Assembly (NCBI GenBank): GCA_965217895.1
Contig: CBDCJV010000002.1
Location: 1,888,001 to 1,952,000, forward strand
Origin: Waterburya sp.
GTDB taxonomy: Bacteria > Cyanobacteriota > Cyanobacteriia > Cyanobacteriales > Xenococcaceae
DNA: 64,000 bases
Direction: 5' to 3'
In this document: positions 9,673 through 19,583 of the stretch, in pieces
Layout: every line of letters starts with the position of its first letter
Numbering within the stretch: the first letter of the stretch is position 1
Notes under the pieces: generated by a model
What the model saw: the letters and a program-made list of their open reading frames with translations, nothing else
The model's database searches: none
Told to the model about the DNA's origin: nothing
Translations under genes and position numbers: made by a program

Positions 9673-10929
9673 ATGACCGCAGAATTCAAAGCGATCGCAT
9701 CTATGCAAAATTGGTCTGAAGTATACGATTTAGCCGATACCTACCGCAAGCAAGAACAGTGGCAATCGGCGACAGTAGCTTTTAGACGTGCAATTGAGCT
9801 AAAAGCTGACTTTTTCTGGTCTTATCATCATTTAGGAGATACTTTAAGTAAGCTTGAGCAATGGCAAGAGGCGGTCTTAGCTTATAATTGTGCAGTAGAA
9901 CTTGACTCTAGCTTTTTTTGGTCTTGGCATAATTTGGGTACTGCTTTGGGCAAGTTAGAACAATGGCAAGAGGCGGTCTTAGCTTATAGTTGTGCAGTAG
10001 AACTTGACTCTAACTTTTTTTGGTCTTGGTATAATCTGGCAGATGTATTGAGCAAATTAGGTCAATGGGACAAAGCGATCGCCAATTATCTTCAGGCTAT
10101 TCAACTCGATCCCCAACATCAGCTTGTTTATCAAAAATTAGGCACAGCTTTTAAACAAAGAGATAGTTTAGAGCGATCAATTCATTATTATCGTCAGAGA
10201 ATTTTGTCTTGTGAGCATAGTTCTATTTTCCATGCTTTTAAGACAAAGCCCCAAGAGTTAGTCGATCTGGCAAATATTTTAGCCACCAAACATCAAACTG
10301 TTGGCGCAATTATTGTTTACTACATGATTTTGGAAGTTAAGCCAAATCAGACTGGGGTTTTGCAGCAGCTTGCTCAATTGCTTCCACGGCAAAACCAATT
10401 AGAACAAAAAATTGCCTCTAATCAAAGCAATCTAGAAAGTGAATTGGTCACAAGATATACAACCGTCACTCATAAACCTGAAAATAATTCGATTGCGGGG
10501 AAAGTTATTTTTCAAGCTAATTGCCTAATTCTACCAAATCAGCTAGAAGATTTAGGCGTTGCTGTAGGCTGGTCACGCCGTCCTTTAGACAAGGTAGAAC
10601 AAGCGATCGCCAATAGCTTTTGTTATGTCTGCGCTTGGCATCTTGTTGATGACAGACGACAATTAATTGGATTTGCTAGAGCCGTTTCTGATGGAGTGTT
10701 TCAAGCAACATTGCTGGATATAGTAACTCATCCCAATTTTCAAGGACAAGGCATAGGCAAAAAGACTGTTAAAAGCTTAATTAAGCTGCTGCATCAAAGA
10801 AAAATTAAAGATCTTACTTTATTCGCCAGTCCTCACATTATCGATTTTTATCATCAATTAGGATTTGTTGCTCAACCTGGTAATTTACAGTGGATGCTGT
10901 GGAGTGCCGATCTTGCAAAAGATAAATAG
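9673..10929 (+). CDS. TPR-repeat protein fused to a C-terminal GNAT N-acetyltransferase
   Basis: 34-aa TPR units (FFWSxHxLG); C-terminal LIGFARAVSDGVFQATLLDIVTHPNFQGQGIG ... FYHQLGF. Confidence 0.85.
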   Translation: MTAEFKAIASMQNWSEVYDLADTYRKQEQWQSATVAFRRAIELKADFFWSYHHLGDTLSKLEQWQEAVLAYNCAVELDSSFFWSWHNLGTALGKLEQWQEAVLAYSCAVELDSNFFWSWYNLADVLSKLGQWDKAIANYLQAIQLDPQHQLVYQKLGTAFKQRDSLERSIHYYRQRILSCEHSSIFHAFKTKPQELVDLANILATKHQTVGAIIVYYMILEVKPNQTGVLQQLAQLLPRQNQLEQKIASNQSNLESELVTRYTTVTHKPENNSIAGKVIFQANCLILPNQLEDLGVAVGWSRRPLDKVEQAIANSFCYVCAWHLVDDRRQLIGFARAVSDGVFQATLLDIVTHPNFQGQGIGKKTVKSLIKLLHQRKIKDLTLFASPHIIDFYHQLGFVAQPGNLQWMLWSADLAKDK

Positions 10930-11037
10930 ACTTCTTGCACGAATTAGAAATCTTGGTTAGGTCAGAGGTCAGAGGTCAGGAATTCAAAACTAGTATAAAA
11001 TCTTTCTTAAGTGTATCTATAGGTTTTTAAATTATGA

Positions 11038-11198
11038 TATAGCAATACGTATTAATGTTAGGACATTTTAAACTTGCTATTTGCTATTTGCTATTTGCTA
11101 TTTGCTACTTGCTACTTGCTACTTGCTATTTGCTACTTGCTACTTGCTACTTTCGAGCAGATATCTTATGTGTCCTAATTTAACTTTGTACGGCTATA
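11038..11198. repeat. MITE-like element enclosing an 11-unit heptamer tandem repeat (TTGCTAY, 11074-11150)
   Basis: Terminal inverted motifs TATAGC...TTAGGACA and TGTCCTAA...GCTATA around (TTGCTAT/TTGCTAC)x11. Confidence 0.7.
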
Positions 11199-11906
11199 CT
11201 ATTCAATTGAATCCCATGCCATGATGTCTGCAAACAAATTTTGATAGCCACTTACATTAGGATGTAAACCATCATCTCCTAGCTGAGTGTCGATCCAGTT
11301 GGTCTTCCTTGATAGCCAAATATCAAAGATATCTAGATAGGGAATATCTCGCTGCTGACAAGCCTGTAAAGTTGCTTCTTTGTAACGGTATTGATCGAAG
11401 TGATTGTAATATAAACAATTCATAAAGGGCATTTTTGCCTCATCAACTGGAGTCATACCAATAAACAATACAGGGCAAAGGTTTTGCGAAACATCAAGTA
11501 AATATGCCATCTGTTGCTTAAAATCTTCAAAATTAGTGTAAAGCTTTCCGTTTGGCTTGCCCACACGAGCAGAATCGTTAAGACCAACTGAAAGTAGAAT
11601 CAAGTCTGGAACACAATTGCGTAATTCTCCACGACAGTTGAATTCTTGTTCTAAACGTTGGGCAACTTGGTGCGTGCGATCGCCTCTTACGCCTAAATTA
11701 TATAATACGTGACCTTCCCCCTGGGGGGACATCCACTGGCGACGTAGCCTTTCTACCCAACCACCTCCCACATAATCTCCATAACCATAAATCAGACTAT
11801 CTCCCAAAGCAATAACTTTTAGTGCCTGCTTGGTCTGTAATTTTTGCTGTAAAACTTTATTATTACTGAAGGTAAAAGTAGAGTCAGGAGAAAGAATAGT
11901 CTGCAT
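11199..11906 (-). CDS. GDSL/SGNH lipase-esterase
   Basis: ALGDSL, NLGVRGD, GLND, DGLHPN blocks. Confidence 0.9.
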   Translation of the reverse strand: MQTILSPDSTFTFSNNKVLQQKLQTKQALKVIALGDSLIYGYGDYVGGGWVERLRRQWMSPQGEGHVLYNLGVRGDRTHQVAQRLEQEFNCRGELRNCVPDLILLSVGLNDSARVGKPNGKLYTNFEDFKQQMAYLLDVSQNLCPVLFIGMTPVDEAKMPFMNCLYYNHFDQYRYKEATLQACQQRDIPYLDIFDIWLSRKTNWIDTQLGDDGLHPNVSGYQNLFADIMAWDSIE

Positions 11907-12056
11907 AGAAAAGAATATAGAAGTATTTTATCAAGAGGAATTTATATTTAGAAACAATAATACACAATTAAACGATTATTTAAGAGATTATTCTCAAAAA
12001 TAAAGTATAGCCGATCCCCAAAAAACCTTTATTGATAATTGTTTGCAAACTCATGT

Positions 12057-13088
12057 TCATTGTCTTCCCCACCAGTCTAAAATCCGATTCCATGCCCACC
12101 AACAGTCGCGATCGCCATTGGCTCGTTGACAAGCTGAACTACTGATATAGCCTACGTGTCCCCCAAATTCTGTGAGCCATAAATCTAACGCTTGATTATG
12201 CTGACAAACCTCTTCTAGGTCGTCAATAACTTCAGGCGCAAACATCGGATCATCTGCTGCATAAAGAATCAAAGTTGGCTTATTGATTTTAGGCAAAATC
12301 CGCAACGGACTACTAGCACTAAAATATTCTTCTACTGAAGCAAACCCCAAGCGAGGAATTACTAGTTCGTGGTCAAATCCCCAGATAGTATTGGCTCGTT
12401 CAATTGCTGCCAAATCAATCTTCTCAGGATGATAAGAATGAAGCTTAAGAGCCAGCTTTTTTAGTTCCTTGGCGATCGCTTTTTCGATATATTTACCAGT
12501 TGAATGCTTCATTAAGTAAGGTAAGGAGCGATTAGAATCTAAATTCGGGCAGATAACTGCTCCTCCTGCCACATCAGAAGCACTCAAGCCGTTTGCCTCC
12601 ATAAATTGAGAATAATAAATCCCCCACAAAGCCAACTGTCCTCCCAAAGAATAGCCCGTAAACCAAAATGGCGCAGGACAACCCATTGCTTTACTCTCGG
12701 CGGCAACACTTACAAAGTCTTTTCCTTCATTAATGCCATCCGAAGTAAGTGCAGGAGATAACTTAGCTGATTCTCCGTGAGCGCGCCAATCAAATAAAAC
12801 TACAGCATAATTTTGAGCATAGGCTTTTCTGCCTATTATCTGTAGAAACCACTGATTATCTAAAGTTCCAGTTATGCCATAAGTCCCAACAATTGTTCCT
12901 CGTGAATTATCAGGAATTGCTATCCAGCCAAAAAGAGGGACTTCTCCCTTAGTAAATTGCACTTTTTGGTATACAGGCTGAGATTCTACTAGAGTTTTTG
13001 ACCAGACTTTACTAGAACGCAGTGCGGTATGTAAGGTCATTAACAGCCCATTGTTGAGCAACCAAGGTGGAGAAAATAAACTGTTCAT
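12057..13088 (-). CDS. YheT-family alpha/beta hydrolase
   Basis: GYSLGG nucleophile elbow, AADDP, GGHVG. Confidence 0.88.
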   Translation of the reverse strand: MNSLFSPPWLLNNGLLMTLHTALRSSKVWSKTLVESQPVYQKVQFTKGEVPLFGWIAIPDNSRGTIVGTYGITGTLDNQWFLQIIGRKAYAQNYAVVLFDWRAHGESAKLSPALTSDGINEGKDFVSVAAESKAMGCPAPFWFTGYSLGGQLALWGIYYSQFMEANGLSASDVAGGAVICPNLDSNRSLPYLMKHSTGKYIEKAIAKELKKLALKLHSYHPEKIDLAAIERANTIWGFDHELVIPRLGFASVEEYFSASSPLRILPKINKPTLILYAADDPMFAPEVIDDLEEVCQHNQALDLWLTEFGGHVGYISSSACQRANGDRDCWWAWNRILDWWGRQ

Positions 13089-13136
13089 TTCTAAGAGAAT
13101 ACCCTCGTTTAGTTGAATATAAACAGTCCCCTCAAA

Positions 13137-13739
13137 CTAATTATCAGAGTCAATCGGCTTCTTTTGCCAATGATTCGCTTTCCACAATGAGCTAGAAACT
13201 AAATTGGTAATAATATGAGCAGTTACAGGCACAGCTAAATTTCCTGTAACTAAGGCGCAGTAGCCCAAGGCAAAACCGATAATTGTTGCCCAGACTACAT
13301 AAGGCCATTGTCCTGAGCCGCTTAAATGCAAGACTCCAAAGAGAAGACTAGAGATAGCTACTGCAGCTACATTTAAACCTAAAGCTGGTAACATGACTCC
13401 CCGAAAGAATAGTTCTTCGCTCAGTCCAGGCAACAGTCCAAGCCAAATTAAATCAGTCCACACTAGGGGCTTAATTACTAATTCTAAGTAAACATCAGCA
13501 CTACGACGATAGCCTGGCCACAAACGGTAAATTAGACCACTGGTAAGAGTAATGCCAGTTGCCAGCCCCATACTCCACAATAGAGCTTGAGTATCAAACT
13601 GGATCGAAAGCATTTGAACTGCTCCCAACTTTTGCCAAATCTTAGCGACTGCCAACAAAATAATGGCAGTAATACCCATAAACACTAAGATCTGGGTACG
13701 GCTAAGGGGTTCGAGTTCGGGATTATTAGGATTTGCCAC
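13137..13739 (-). CDS. CPBP family intramembrane glutamic endopeptidase
   Basis: SEELFFRG, FGVLH, AHIITN motifs; multi-TM. Confidence 0.9.
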   Translation of the reverse strand: MANPNNPELEPLSRTQILVFMGITAIILLAVAKIWQKLGAVQMLSIQFDTQALLWSMGLATGITLTSGLIYRLWPGYRRSADVYLELVIKPLVWTDLIWLGLLPGLSEELFFRGVMLPALGLNVAAVAISSLLFGVLHLSGSGQWPYVVWATIIGFALGYCALVTGNLAVPVTAHIITNLVSSSLWKANHWQKKPIDSDN

Positions 13740-13745
13740 TGGTTT

Positions 13746-14795
13746 CTATACTATACAACGAAGAGAAGACAAATTAGGATCTAAAACTCGATAATCTACC
13801 CCCGCTCGACGAGCCACTAAAACACCCAAAGCTTCTAGATAAGAATTAACTTTAGTTACTTTAATGCCCAAAGGTTCTGGAGGTACTTGAATATGAGTTG
13901 AATTGTTGGCTACAGCTATAATTTCGGTTTGGGCATTGCTAAAGCTGAGAATTCCACTACTACCACAGGCACTATAGGGAACGATCGCCACATCTACTGA
14001 TTCTGCCCAAATACTATCATCGGTCAAGGATTTAGCTTCGGTAATAAATTGGGGGGCGCGACTCAAGCCCACTAAAACACAAGGAAGAAAAGTATAGCCT
14101 AATTCTTCAGCAGCAGCACGGGGATGTACATCAGCATCAACAGCTAAAGGTTGGAGGGCGGGAGCGTGTGCCGCAGGTATTTGAAAATGACGCACGATCA
14201 GGTGGGAAATAACTGCTTCTGCCCCTGCTAGGTGATCTACTCCTTCCCCATGACGATAATTTTGTAGTTCTAGACTATCATCATCAGGAAAACGAGCGAC
14301 GACGGCGATCGCTTCTGCACCTCCTTGCTTAATTAGCTTTTCTGCTCCCCTTAGCAAACTGCCAGGGTTACCAATTGTTCCCCAACTAGCCCCAGAATCG
14401 GCAGTACGCAACTCAACTTCTAAAGGAGAATCGGTAATTACATAATCGGTTAAACTTAGCCCTAAAGTTGCTCTAGCAGCATCAGCTGCCTGAATATGTC
14501 GTAGACGCAATTCAGGTTCAATACCCCGATCTAATAATAACCCGACTTTATTTTGTCTGACAGGACGTAATCCCCATTGATTAGCAGCAAAACGATCCAA
14601 ACCATAACCTTCGACGTAATAAGTGTTGTCCAATGACCAATAAAGCTGTGCGCCATTAAGAACATTGGGATGGGTAATCAGGCGATCGCAAGTTTGGGAG
14701 ATCGCTTTAGCTACAGGTAGGGCATCTCCCGCATAACCACCTATAGCTGCACCCACGCCTGTGGGAATAATAAGAACAACTGTAAACGGGGACAT
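13746..14795 (-). CDS. DUF3326 domain protein
   Basis: IPTGVGAAIGGYAGDA, ITHPNVLNGA, GAEAVISH, AAAEELG motifs. Confidence 0.85.
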   Translation of the reverse strand: MSPFTVVLIIPTGVGAAIGGYAGDALPVAKAISQTCDRLITHPNVLNGAQLYWSLDNTYYVEGYGLDRFAANQWGLRPVRQNKVGLLLDRGIEPELRLRHIQAADAARATLGLSLTDYVITDSPLEVELRTADSGASWGTIGNPGSLLRGAEKLIKQGGAEAIAVVARFPDDDSLELQNYRHGEGVDHLAGAEAVISHLIVRHFQIPAAHAPALQPLAVDADVHPRAAAEELGYTFLPCVLVGLSRAPQFITEAKSLTDDSIWAESVDVAIVPYSACGSSGILSFSNAQTEIIAVANNSTHIQVPPEPLGIKVTKVNSYLEALGVLVARRAGVDYRVLDPNLSSLRCIV

Positions 14796-14826
14796 AAAAT
14801 TTTAATCTTTAATCTAGTCTGAAAAC

Positions 14827-15000
14827 TTATTCTTTGGTAACAATAGCTTCTAGTGTCGCTGTTTGTTTCTCTTTATTTACCTGAGTCACAGCCCAACGTA
14901 AAGGCTTACCCTCTTTTTCTAGTTGAGATTCAATTTCTTGCTGAAGTTGCAGGGGAGTTTCTTGAAGGTTTATTTCGGCGGTAATAAAATGCGTAGTCAT
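14827..15000 (-). CDS. Small hypothetical protein (57 aa), resembling a conserved cyanobacterial family
   Basis: Below the ORF-track cutoff; MTTHFITAEINLQETPLQLQQEIESQLEKEGKPLRWAVTQVNKEKQTATLEAIVTKE; co-oriented, 31 nt upstream of DUF3326. Confidence 0.75.
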   Translation of the reverse strand: MTTHFITAEINLQETPLQLQQEIESQLEKEGKPLRWAVTQVNKEKQTATLEAIVTKE

Positions 15001-15274
15001 TATTTTTACTTTAATTATTAGTTAACATTTTGCAATTTAAAATGTACAAATTATAAAATAAAAGGTAATAGTTAATATTTTTTGATTATTTATTACTTCT
15101 TTTGTATTTTTTGCAACATTTTTCAACATTTAATAGTCAAATTTAAGATATATCTAATCCCTGCTTTAAATAATAAGCAATTTTTATTAACCAGCATTAC
15201 CAAACTTTGATGGCAAGAAACTTGTTGATATTTATATACAAAGATAAAAGCATTTTAAACTACGAGGTATTTTA

Positions 15275-17116
15275 ATGAAATTTATAAACTTATACTTAAT
15301 AATTTTAAATATTTTAATTTTCCCGACAATTACTTTAGCAGGCTCTGCCACAGACAGCAAGGTTAATCAGACAAATACAGTTAACCTAGTAAAATCAGAG
15401 TCAAATAATCCTAAGACTCCTGCCAAGGATACATCAACCGAAGATTTAAAAAAGCCAGAACCTCAGCAACAAACATCAACCGAAGATACTGAAGTAGACA
15501 AGAGCGAAGCAGATACCTCAGCAGAAAAGTCCGAGCCAGAAACTACCGATCAAGATAGACCAAAAGACGAGTCTGAAGCTAAAGATAAAGTCAAAAAACC
15601 AACTCCTGAAGAAATTGCGCGCTTAAAAAAATTAGCCGCAGCAGATAAGCTATATCTGGCAGGAAATAAAGCTGCTGCTGTCAAACTATATCGCGAGGCT
15701 AAAGAAGTCTGGCCAATTGAAAAGGAAAGAGCCACAGAAAATAAACAAGTGGCAACTTTTGACGATCCTGAGCAATTAAGCCCCGCAGGTCAAGTATTTT
15801 GGCGCAACTATCAACAAGGAAAAAAAGAAGGGCTAGAAACTAAGGTTATTGCTTCACTAAAGCTGTTAACCACCAGAGAGCCTCAATTTATTCCTGGTCA
15901 TATTCGCTATGCAGAGGTGCTAAAACAAGACGAAAGAGAAGAAGAATCTCAGCAAGTTTTAAATCGGGCAGTTAGTCTTTATCCTAATGAAGCAAAGTTG
16001 CTCAAAGCCAAAATGAATGCCGATATTGCTGAAGATAAATGGCTTGATGCCTCAATTACGGCACGTCAGTTTGCTTTATTTAATCCTAATTTACCCGAAG
16101 CAAAAGAATTTAGTCAATTAGCCGATCAATATTTAGCTAAGTATCAAAGCAATTTACGCTCTTCAATTACTTGGAATGCGATCGGCAATGCGATCGCTGG
16201 TACAGTTGGTTTTGCTCTGACGGGTAATTTATTTGGTCCTCTTTCTGCCTTACAAACTAGCTCTTTGTTGCTAAAAGGAGAGTCGGCGGTAGGAGAAAGT
16301 TCCGTTAAACAAATTAAAAAACAGCTACCTCTGCTTGAAGATAAACAAGCAACTCAATATGTAAATGAAGTTGGTCAAAAAGTGGCTGCTGCATCTGGCA
16401 GAGATGAATTTAAATATGAATTTTATTTAGTTATGGATAATCAACTTAACGCCTTTGCTCTACCTGGAGGAAAAGTATTTGTTAATGCGGGGGCAATTAT
16501 GAACACCGATTCTGAGGCTGAATTAGCTGGCTTGTTGGCACACGAAATTTCTCATGCTGCTTTATCTCATGGCTTCCAATTGGCTGCCAAAGGCAATTTG
16601 ACCGCCAATATTATCAGCTACGTCCCCTATGTGGGCAATACTGCCAGTAGCTTAATCGTCCTTAACTACAGCCGAGGAATGGAAAAACAAGCAGATCTAT
16701 TTGGCACCAGAATCTTAGTCAACGCTGGCTATGCAGCAGATGGAGTCAGAAATTTGATGGCAAAACTCGATAAAGCTAATCAAGATGATGAAAATTCAGA
16801 GCCTCCTGCTTGGCTATCAACCCATCCCAACAGCAAACAAAGGATTGAGTACATGGAAAAATTGATTGTGGATAACAATCTTAATCGCTACGCTTACGAA
16901 GGAGTAGCTCGACACCAAAGAATTAAAAAGCTCGTAACTGCTAAGTGGCAAGAGTACGAAAAATGTGCTAAAGATATCAACACCATTAAAGAAGCTAAGA
17001 AATGTGCAGGGAATGTAGAGCCAGAAAAATCTAAAGACAAACCCCAGACAAATGAAGAAACAGACGAAAAAAAAGTTGAAAATAGCAATCAGCGATCCCA
17101 GAAGCGCGATCGCTAA
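15275..17116 (+). CDS. M48 family metallopeptidase with signal peptide and TPR-like region
   Basis: NAFALPGG, HEISH zinc motif, YSRGMEKQAD, WLSTHP; low-complexity charged termini. Confidence 0.9.
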   Translation: MKFINLYLIILNILIFPTITLAGSATDSKVNQTNTVNLVKSESNNPKTPAKDTSTEDLKKPEPQQQTSTEDTEVDKSEADTSAEKSEPETTDQDRPKDESEAKDKVKKPTPEEIARLKKLAAADKLYLAGNKAAAVKLYREAKEVWPIEKERATENKQVATFDDPEQLSPAGQVFWRNYQQGKKEGLETKVIASLKLLTTREPQFIPGHIRYAEVLKQDEREEESQQVLNRAVSLYPNEAKLLKAKMNADIAEDKWLDASITARQFALFNPNLPEAKEFSQLADQYLAKYQSNLRSSITWNAIGNAIAGTVGFALTGNLFGPLSALQTSSLLLKGESAVGESSVKQIKKQLPLLEDKQATQYVNEVGQKVAAASGRDEFKYEFYLVMDNQLNAFALPGGKVFVNAGAIMNTDSEAELAGLLAHEISHAALSHGFQLAAKGNLTANIISYVPYVGNTASSLIVLNYSRGMEKQADLFGTRILVNAGYAADGVRNLMAKLDKANQDDENSEPPAWLSTHPNSKQRIEYMEKLIVDNNLNRYAYEGVARHQRIKKLVTAKWQEYEKCAKDINTIKEAKKCAGNVEPEKSKDKPQTNEETDEKKVENSNQRSQKRDR

Positions 17117-17193
17117 TCTAAATCAGAATCAAACCTAGAAACTAAAAATAAAGATAAAATTAAAGGAGCTAAACACCAAAAACTTCAATCATT

Positions 17194-17817
17194 TTGAATA
17201 CCTTGAACATTGTTGCTAAAACCATCACCTATCCGATTGTAGAAACTTTTCATTCTGTTCAAGGGGAGGGTTATTGGACTGGAGTAAACGCTTTTTTTAT
17301 TCGTTTAGGTGGTTGTGATGTTCATTGTCCTTGGTGCGATACCAAGCATTCTTGGAATTCTCAACATCATCCTCAACAGTCTACGGTTGAGCTAGCTCGT
17401 GCAGCAAAAGCAGCTAGTCCTGCCATCGTCATTATTACGGGAGGTGAACCCCTAATGCACGATTTAACTCCTCTGACTAAAGTACTCAAAAAAGCAGGAT
17501 TGCAAGTTCATGTAGAGACTTCAGGCGCACATCCTTTTAGCGGTCATTTTGATTGGGTCACTTTTTCTCCCAAACAGTTTAAAGCACCTCATAGTAGTGT
17601 TTATGAGCGTGTCAACGAATTGAAAGTAGTGGTGACTAATGAATATGACTTAAAATGGGCAGAACAACAGGCAGCCTTAGTTCCTAAAACCGCCTTGTAT
17701 TATTTACAGCCAGAATGGAATTCTCCTTTGAGTAAAGACTTAATTTTCCAATACGTGCTTCAGCATCCGCAATGGCGCATTAGTTTGCAAACTCATAAAC
17801 TATTAGATATTCAATAA
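17194..17817 (+). CDS. queE: 7-carboxy-7-deazaguanine synthase (radical SAM)
   Basis: ETFHSVQGEG, CDVHCPWCDT, ITGGEP, SLQTHK. Confidence 0.93.
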   Translation: MNTLNIVAKTITYPIVETFHSVQGEGYWTGVNAFFIRLGGCDVHCPWCDTKHSWNSQHHPQQSTVELARAAKAASPAIVIITGGEPLMHDLTPLTKVLKKAGLQVHVETSGAHPFSGHFDWVTFSPKQFKAPHSSVYERVNELKVVVTNEYDLKWAEQQAALVPKTALYYLQPEWNSPLSKDLIFQYVLQHPQWRISLQTHKLLDIQ

Positions 17818-18118
17818 TTTATTTATGTTTACAAAGCAAATATAGTCAAAGAGATCGCCACCGAAACCAAGAGCATTAAAAAGAAAGCTTTTCTCGATTG
17901 GGATTTTAGACTGTCTTGGCAAAATAGATATAGCAACTATTATCAGTCTAAAAGTGGACGAATTGGAAATTTTGCCTTACAAAACATAGAATAGCAACCA
18001 TCAAATCAACTAAATATCTTCTTAAACTTTGCTTTTAAGTAATTCTATGGAAATGCTGGGGTAAAGACAATCTCCTTCATAGATTATTCTCCCTATTTTT
18101 GCCAGTTTATCAAAGCTT

Positions 18119-18967
18119 ATGATTGTCTCGCAATTGTGTATTTATCCCCTTAAATCTTGTCAAGGAATTGAGTTACAGCAAACGCAGATTAAAACTAAAG
18201 GATTTCTATTGGATCGAGAAATGATGCTTGTTTCTGGTAATGGCAAATTTATTACTCAAAGACAATTTCCTCAATTGGCTAAAGTAATAGTCGAACTGGG
18301 CGAGAATCAAATTACTTTGAGGTTGTCAGACGAAGCCTTGCCTCCATTGGTTTTTACCCCCACCCTGACAGGAACAACTATAGAAGTAGAAATTTGGCGT
18401 GATCGCATTTTGGCAATCGATCAGGGAAATGAGGTGGCTCAATGGTTTCATCAATTATTAAATCTTGAGCTTGGCAAAGTCTGCCGTTTGGTTAGGCAGT
18501 CTGGCGAACATACTCGCCTACTAGATAAAAAATATTCTAGCGATCTCGACAATCCTCTCAGCTTTGCTGATAACTATCCGATCATGCTGACGGCAACAGC
18601 TTCTTTAGTGGAGTTGAACCAAAGAATTATGGAAATTCATCAGCAACAAAAACAGGCTATTCCCATGGATCGCTTTCGCCCAAACATAGTCATAGAGACT
18701 ATAGAGCCTTTTATTGAAGACGTTTGGAGCGTAATTCAGATTGGCGAGATTAAATTTACAGTCGCCAAACCCTGTAGTCGCTGTATTATCACTACTATCA
18801 ATCAAACAAGTGGAGACAAAAATCAATTAAAAGAACCCCTCAATACACTAGGAACTTTTAGACAGTTAAGTGAACAAGGGGTAATGTTTGGAGTCAATAT
18901 GATTCCCCAGAATGAGGGAATTATCCAGGTAGGCGATCGCCTACAGGTTTTAGAAACTAGAAGCTAA
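18119..18967 (+). CDS. MOSC domain-containing protein
   Basis: IYPLKSC, DRFRPNIV, KPCSRC motifs. Confidence 0.92.
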   Translation: MIVSQLCIYPLKSCQGIELQQTQIKTKGFLLDREMMLVSGNGKFITQRQFPQLAKVIVELGENQITLRLSDEALPPLVFTPTLTGTTIEVEIWRDRILAIDQGNEVAQWFHQLLNLELGKVCRLVRQSGEHTRLLDKKYSSDLDNPLSFADNYPIMLTATASLVELNQRIMEIHQQQKQAIPMDRFRPNIVIETIEPFIEDVWSVIQIGEIKFTVAKPCSRCIITTINQTSGDKNQLKEPLNTLGTFRQLSEQGVMFGVNMIPQNEGIIQVGDRLQVLETRS

Positions 18968-18988
18968 AGTCTAGTTCTGCGATGTTTT

Positions 18989-19339
18989 CTATGTCTGGGG
19001 TGCTTCTGATACGGGTTCTGCCGCAGCATTTTGAGCAGCAATAATCGCTCGTTTTTTGGGTTTAAGGGTCAGATAACGAATAGTGTCTTCACTCAACCGC
19101 ATCATCCTTTCTAAGGGTGCTATCTGGCTTCCATCAGCTTGATAATTCATCTGTACATAAATACCGTCCAAATACTTACCTACAGCATAGGCGAGTCTTC
19201 TTTTGCCCTTGATTTGAACCTCAAGGTTTTCAGCACCGTTTTCATTGAGAAAAGTCTGATATTTACTCACTGCTTCTCCTACCTGATCTTCTGACAAATC
19301 AGGACGGAGGATGTACATCATTTCATAAGTGTTGCTCAT
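18989..19339 (-). CDS. rpsF: 30S ribosomal protein S6
   Basis: [18 protein letters not shown] motifs. Confidence 0.97.
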   Translation of the reverse strand: MSNTYEMMYILRPDLSEDQVGEAVSKYQTFLNENGAENLEVQIKGKRRLAYAVGKYLDGIYVQMNYQADGSQIAPLERMMRLSEDTIRYLTLKPKKRAIIAAQNAAAEPVSEAPQT

Positions 19340-19349
19340 TTTAATTATT

Positions 19350-19427
19350 CTCCTTGTGGACAGTATGGCTTTTGGGAATTGGCTTGATTCGAGGTTTGCG
19401 CTTTTTAGCCATCACAAAAGCAAGGAA
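19350..19427 (-). promoter_or_regulatory. Putative rpsF leader RNA (S6:S18 autoregulatory element)
   Basis: Minus strand reads UUCCUUGC...AUGGCU...AGCCAU-ACUGUCCAC-AAGGAG. UCCUUG can pair with CAAGGA over the SD sequence, as in known rpsF leaders. Confidence 0.6.
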
Positions 19428-19583
19428 TTACAATCTTACTATTACTTGATGATTAATTACCAGTTCTTTGATTTTCTATCGTCAAATTAACTTAAAATTG
19501 AGCTAGCTTAAAACAGCACTATTTTTAAGTTAGATAGTGAATCTTATACTTCATATATGACTAATTTTTAACTTGGTTTTTTT

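Noticed and set aside
11074..11150. Tandem repeat as a CRISPR array
   Set aside because: 7-nt units with no spacers, and no cas genes in the window.
17818..18000. Short open stretch after queE vaguely resembling an HU N-terminus (IVKEIATETKSIKKKA)
   Set aside because: No start codon or RBS in frame, and the resemblance does not extend.
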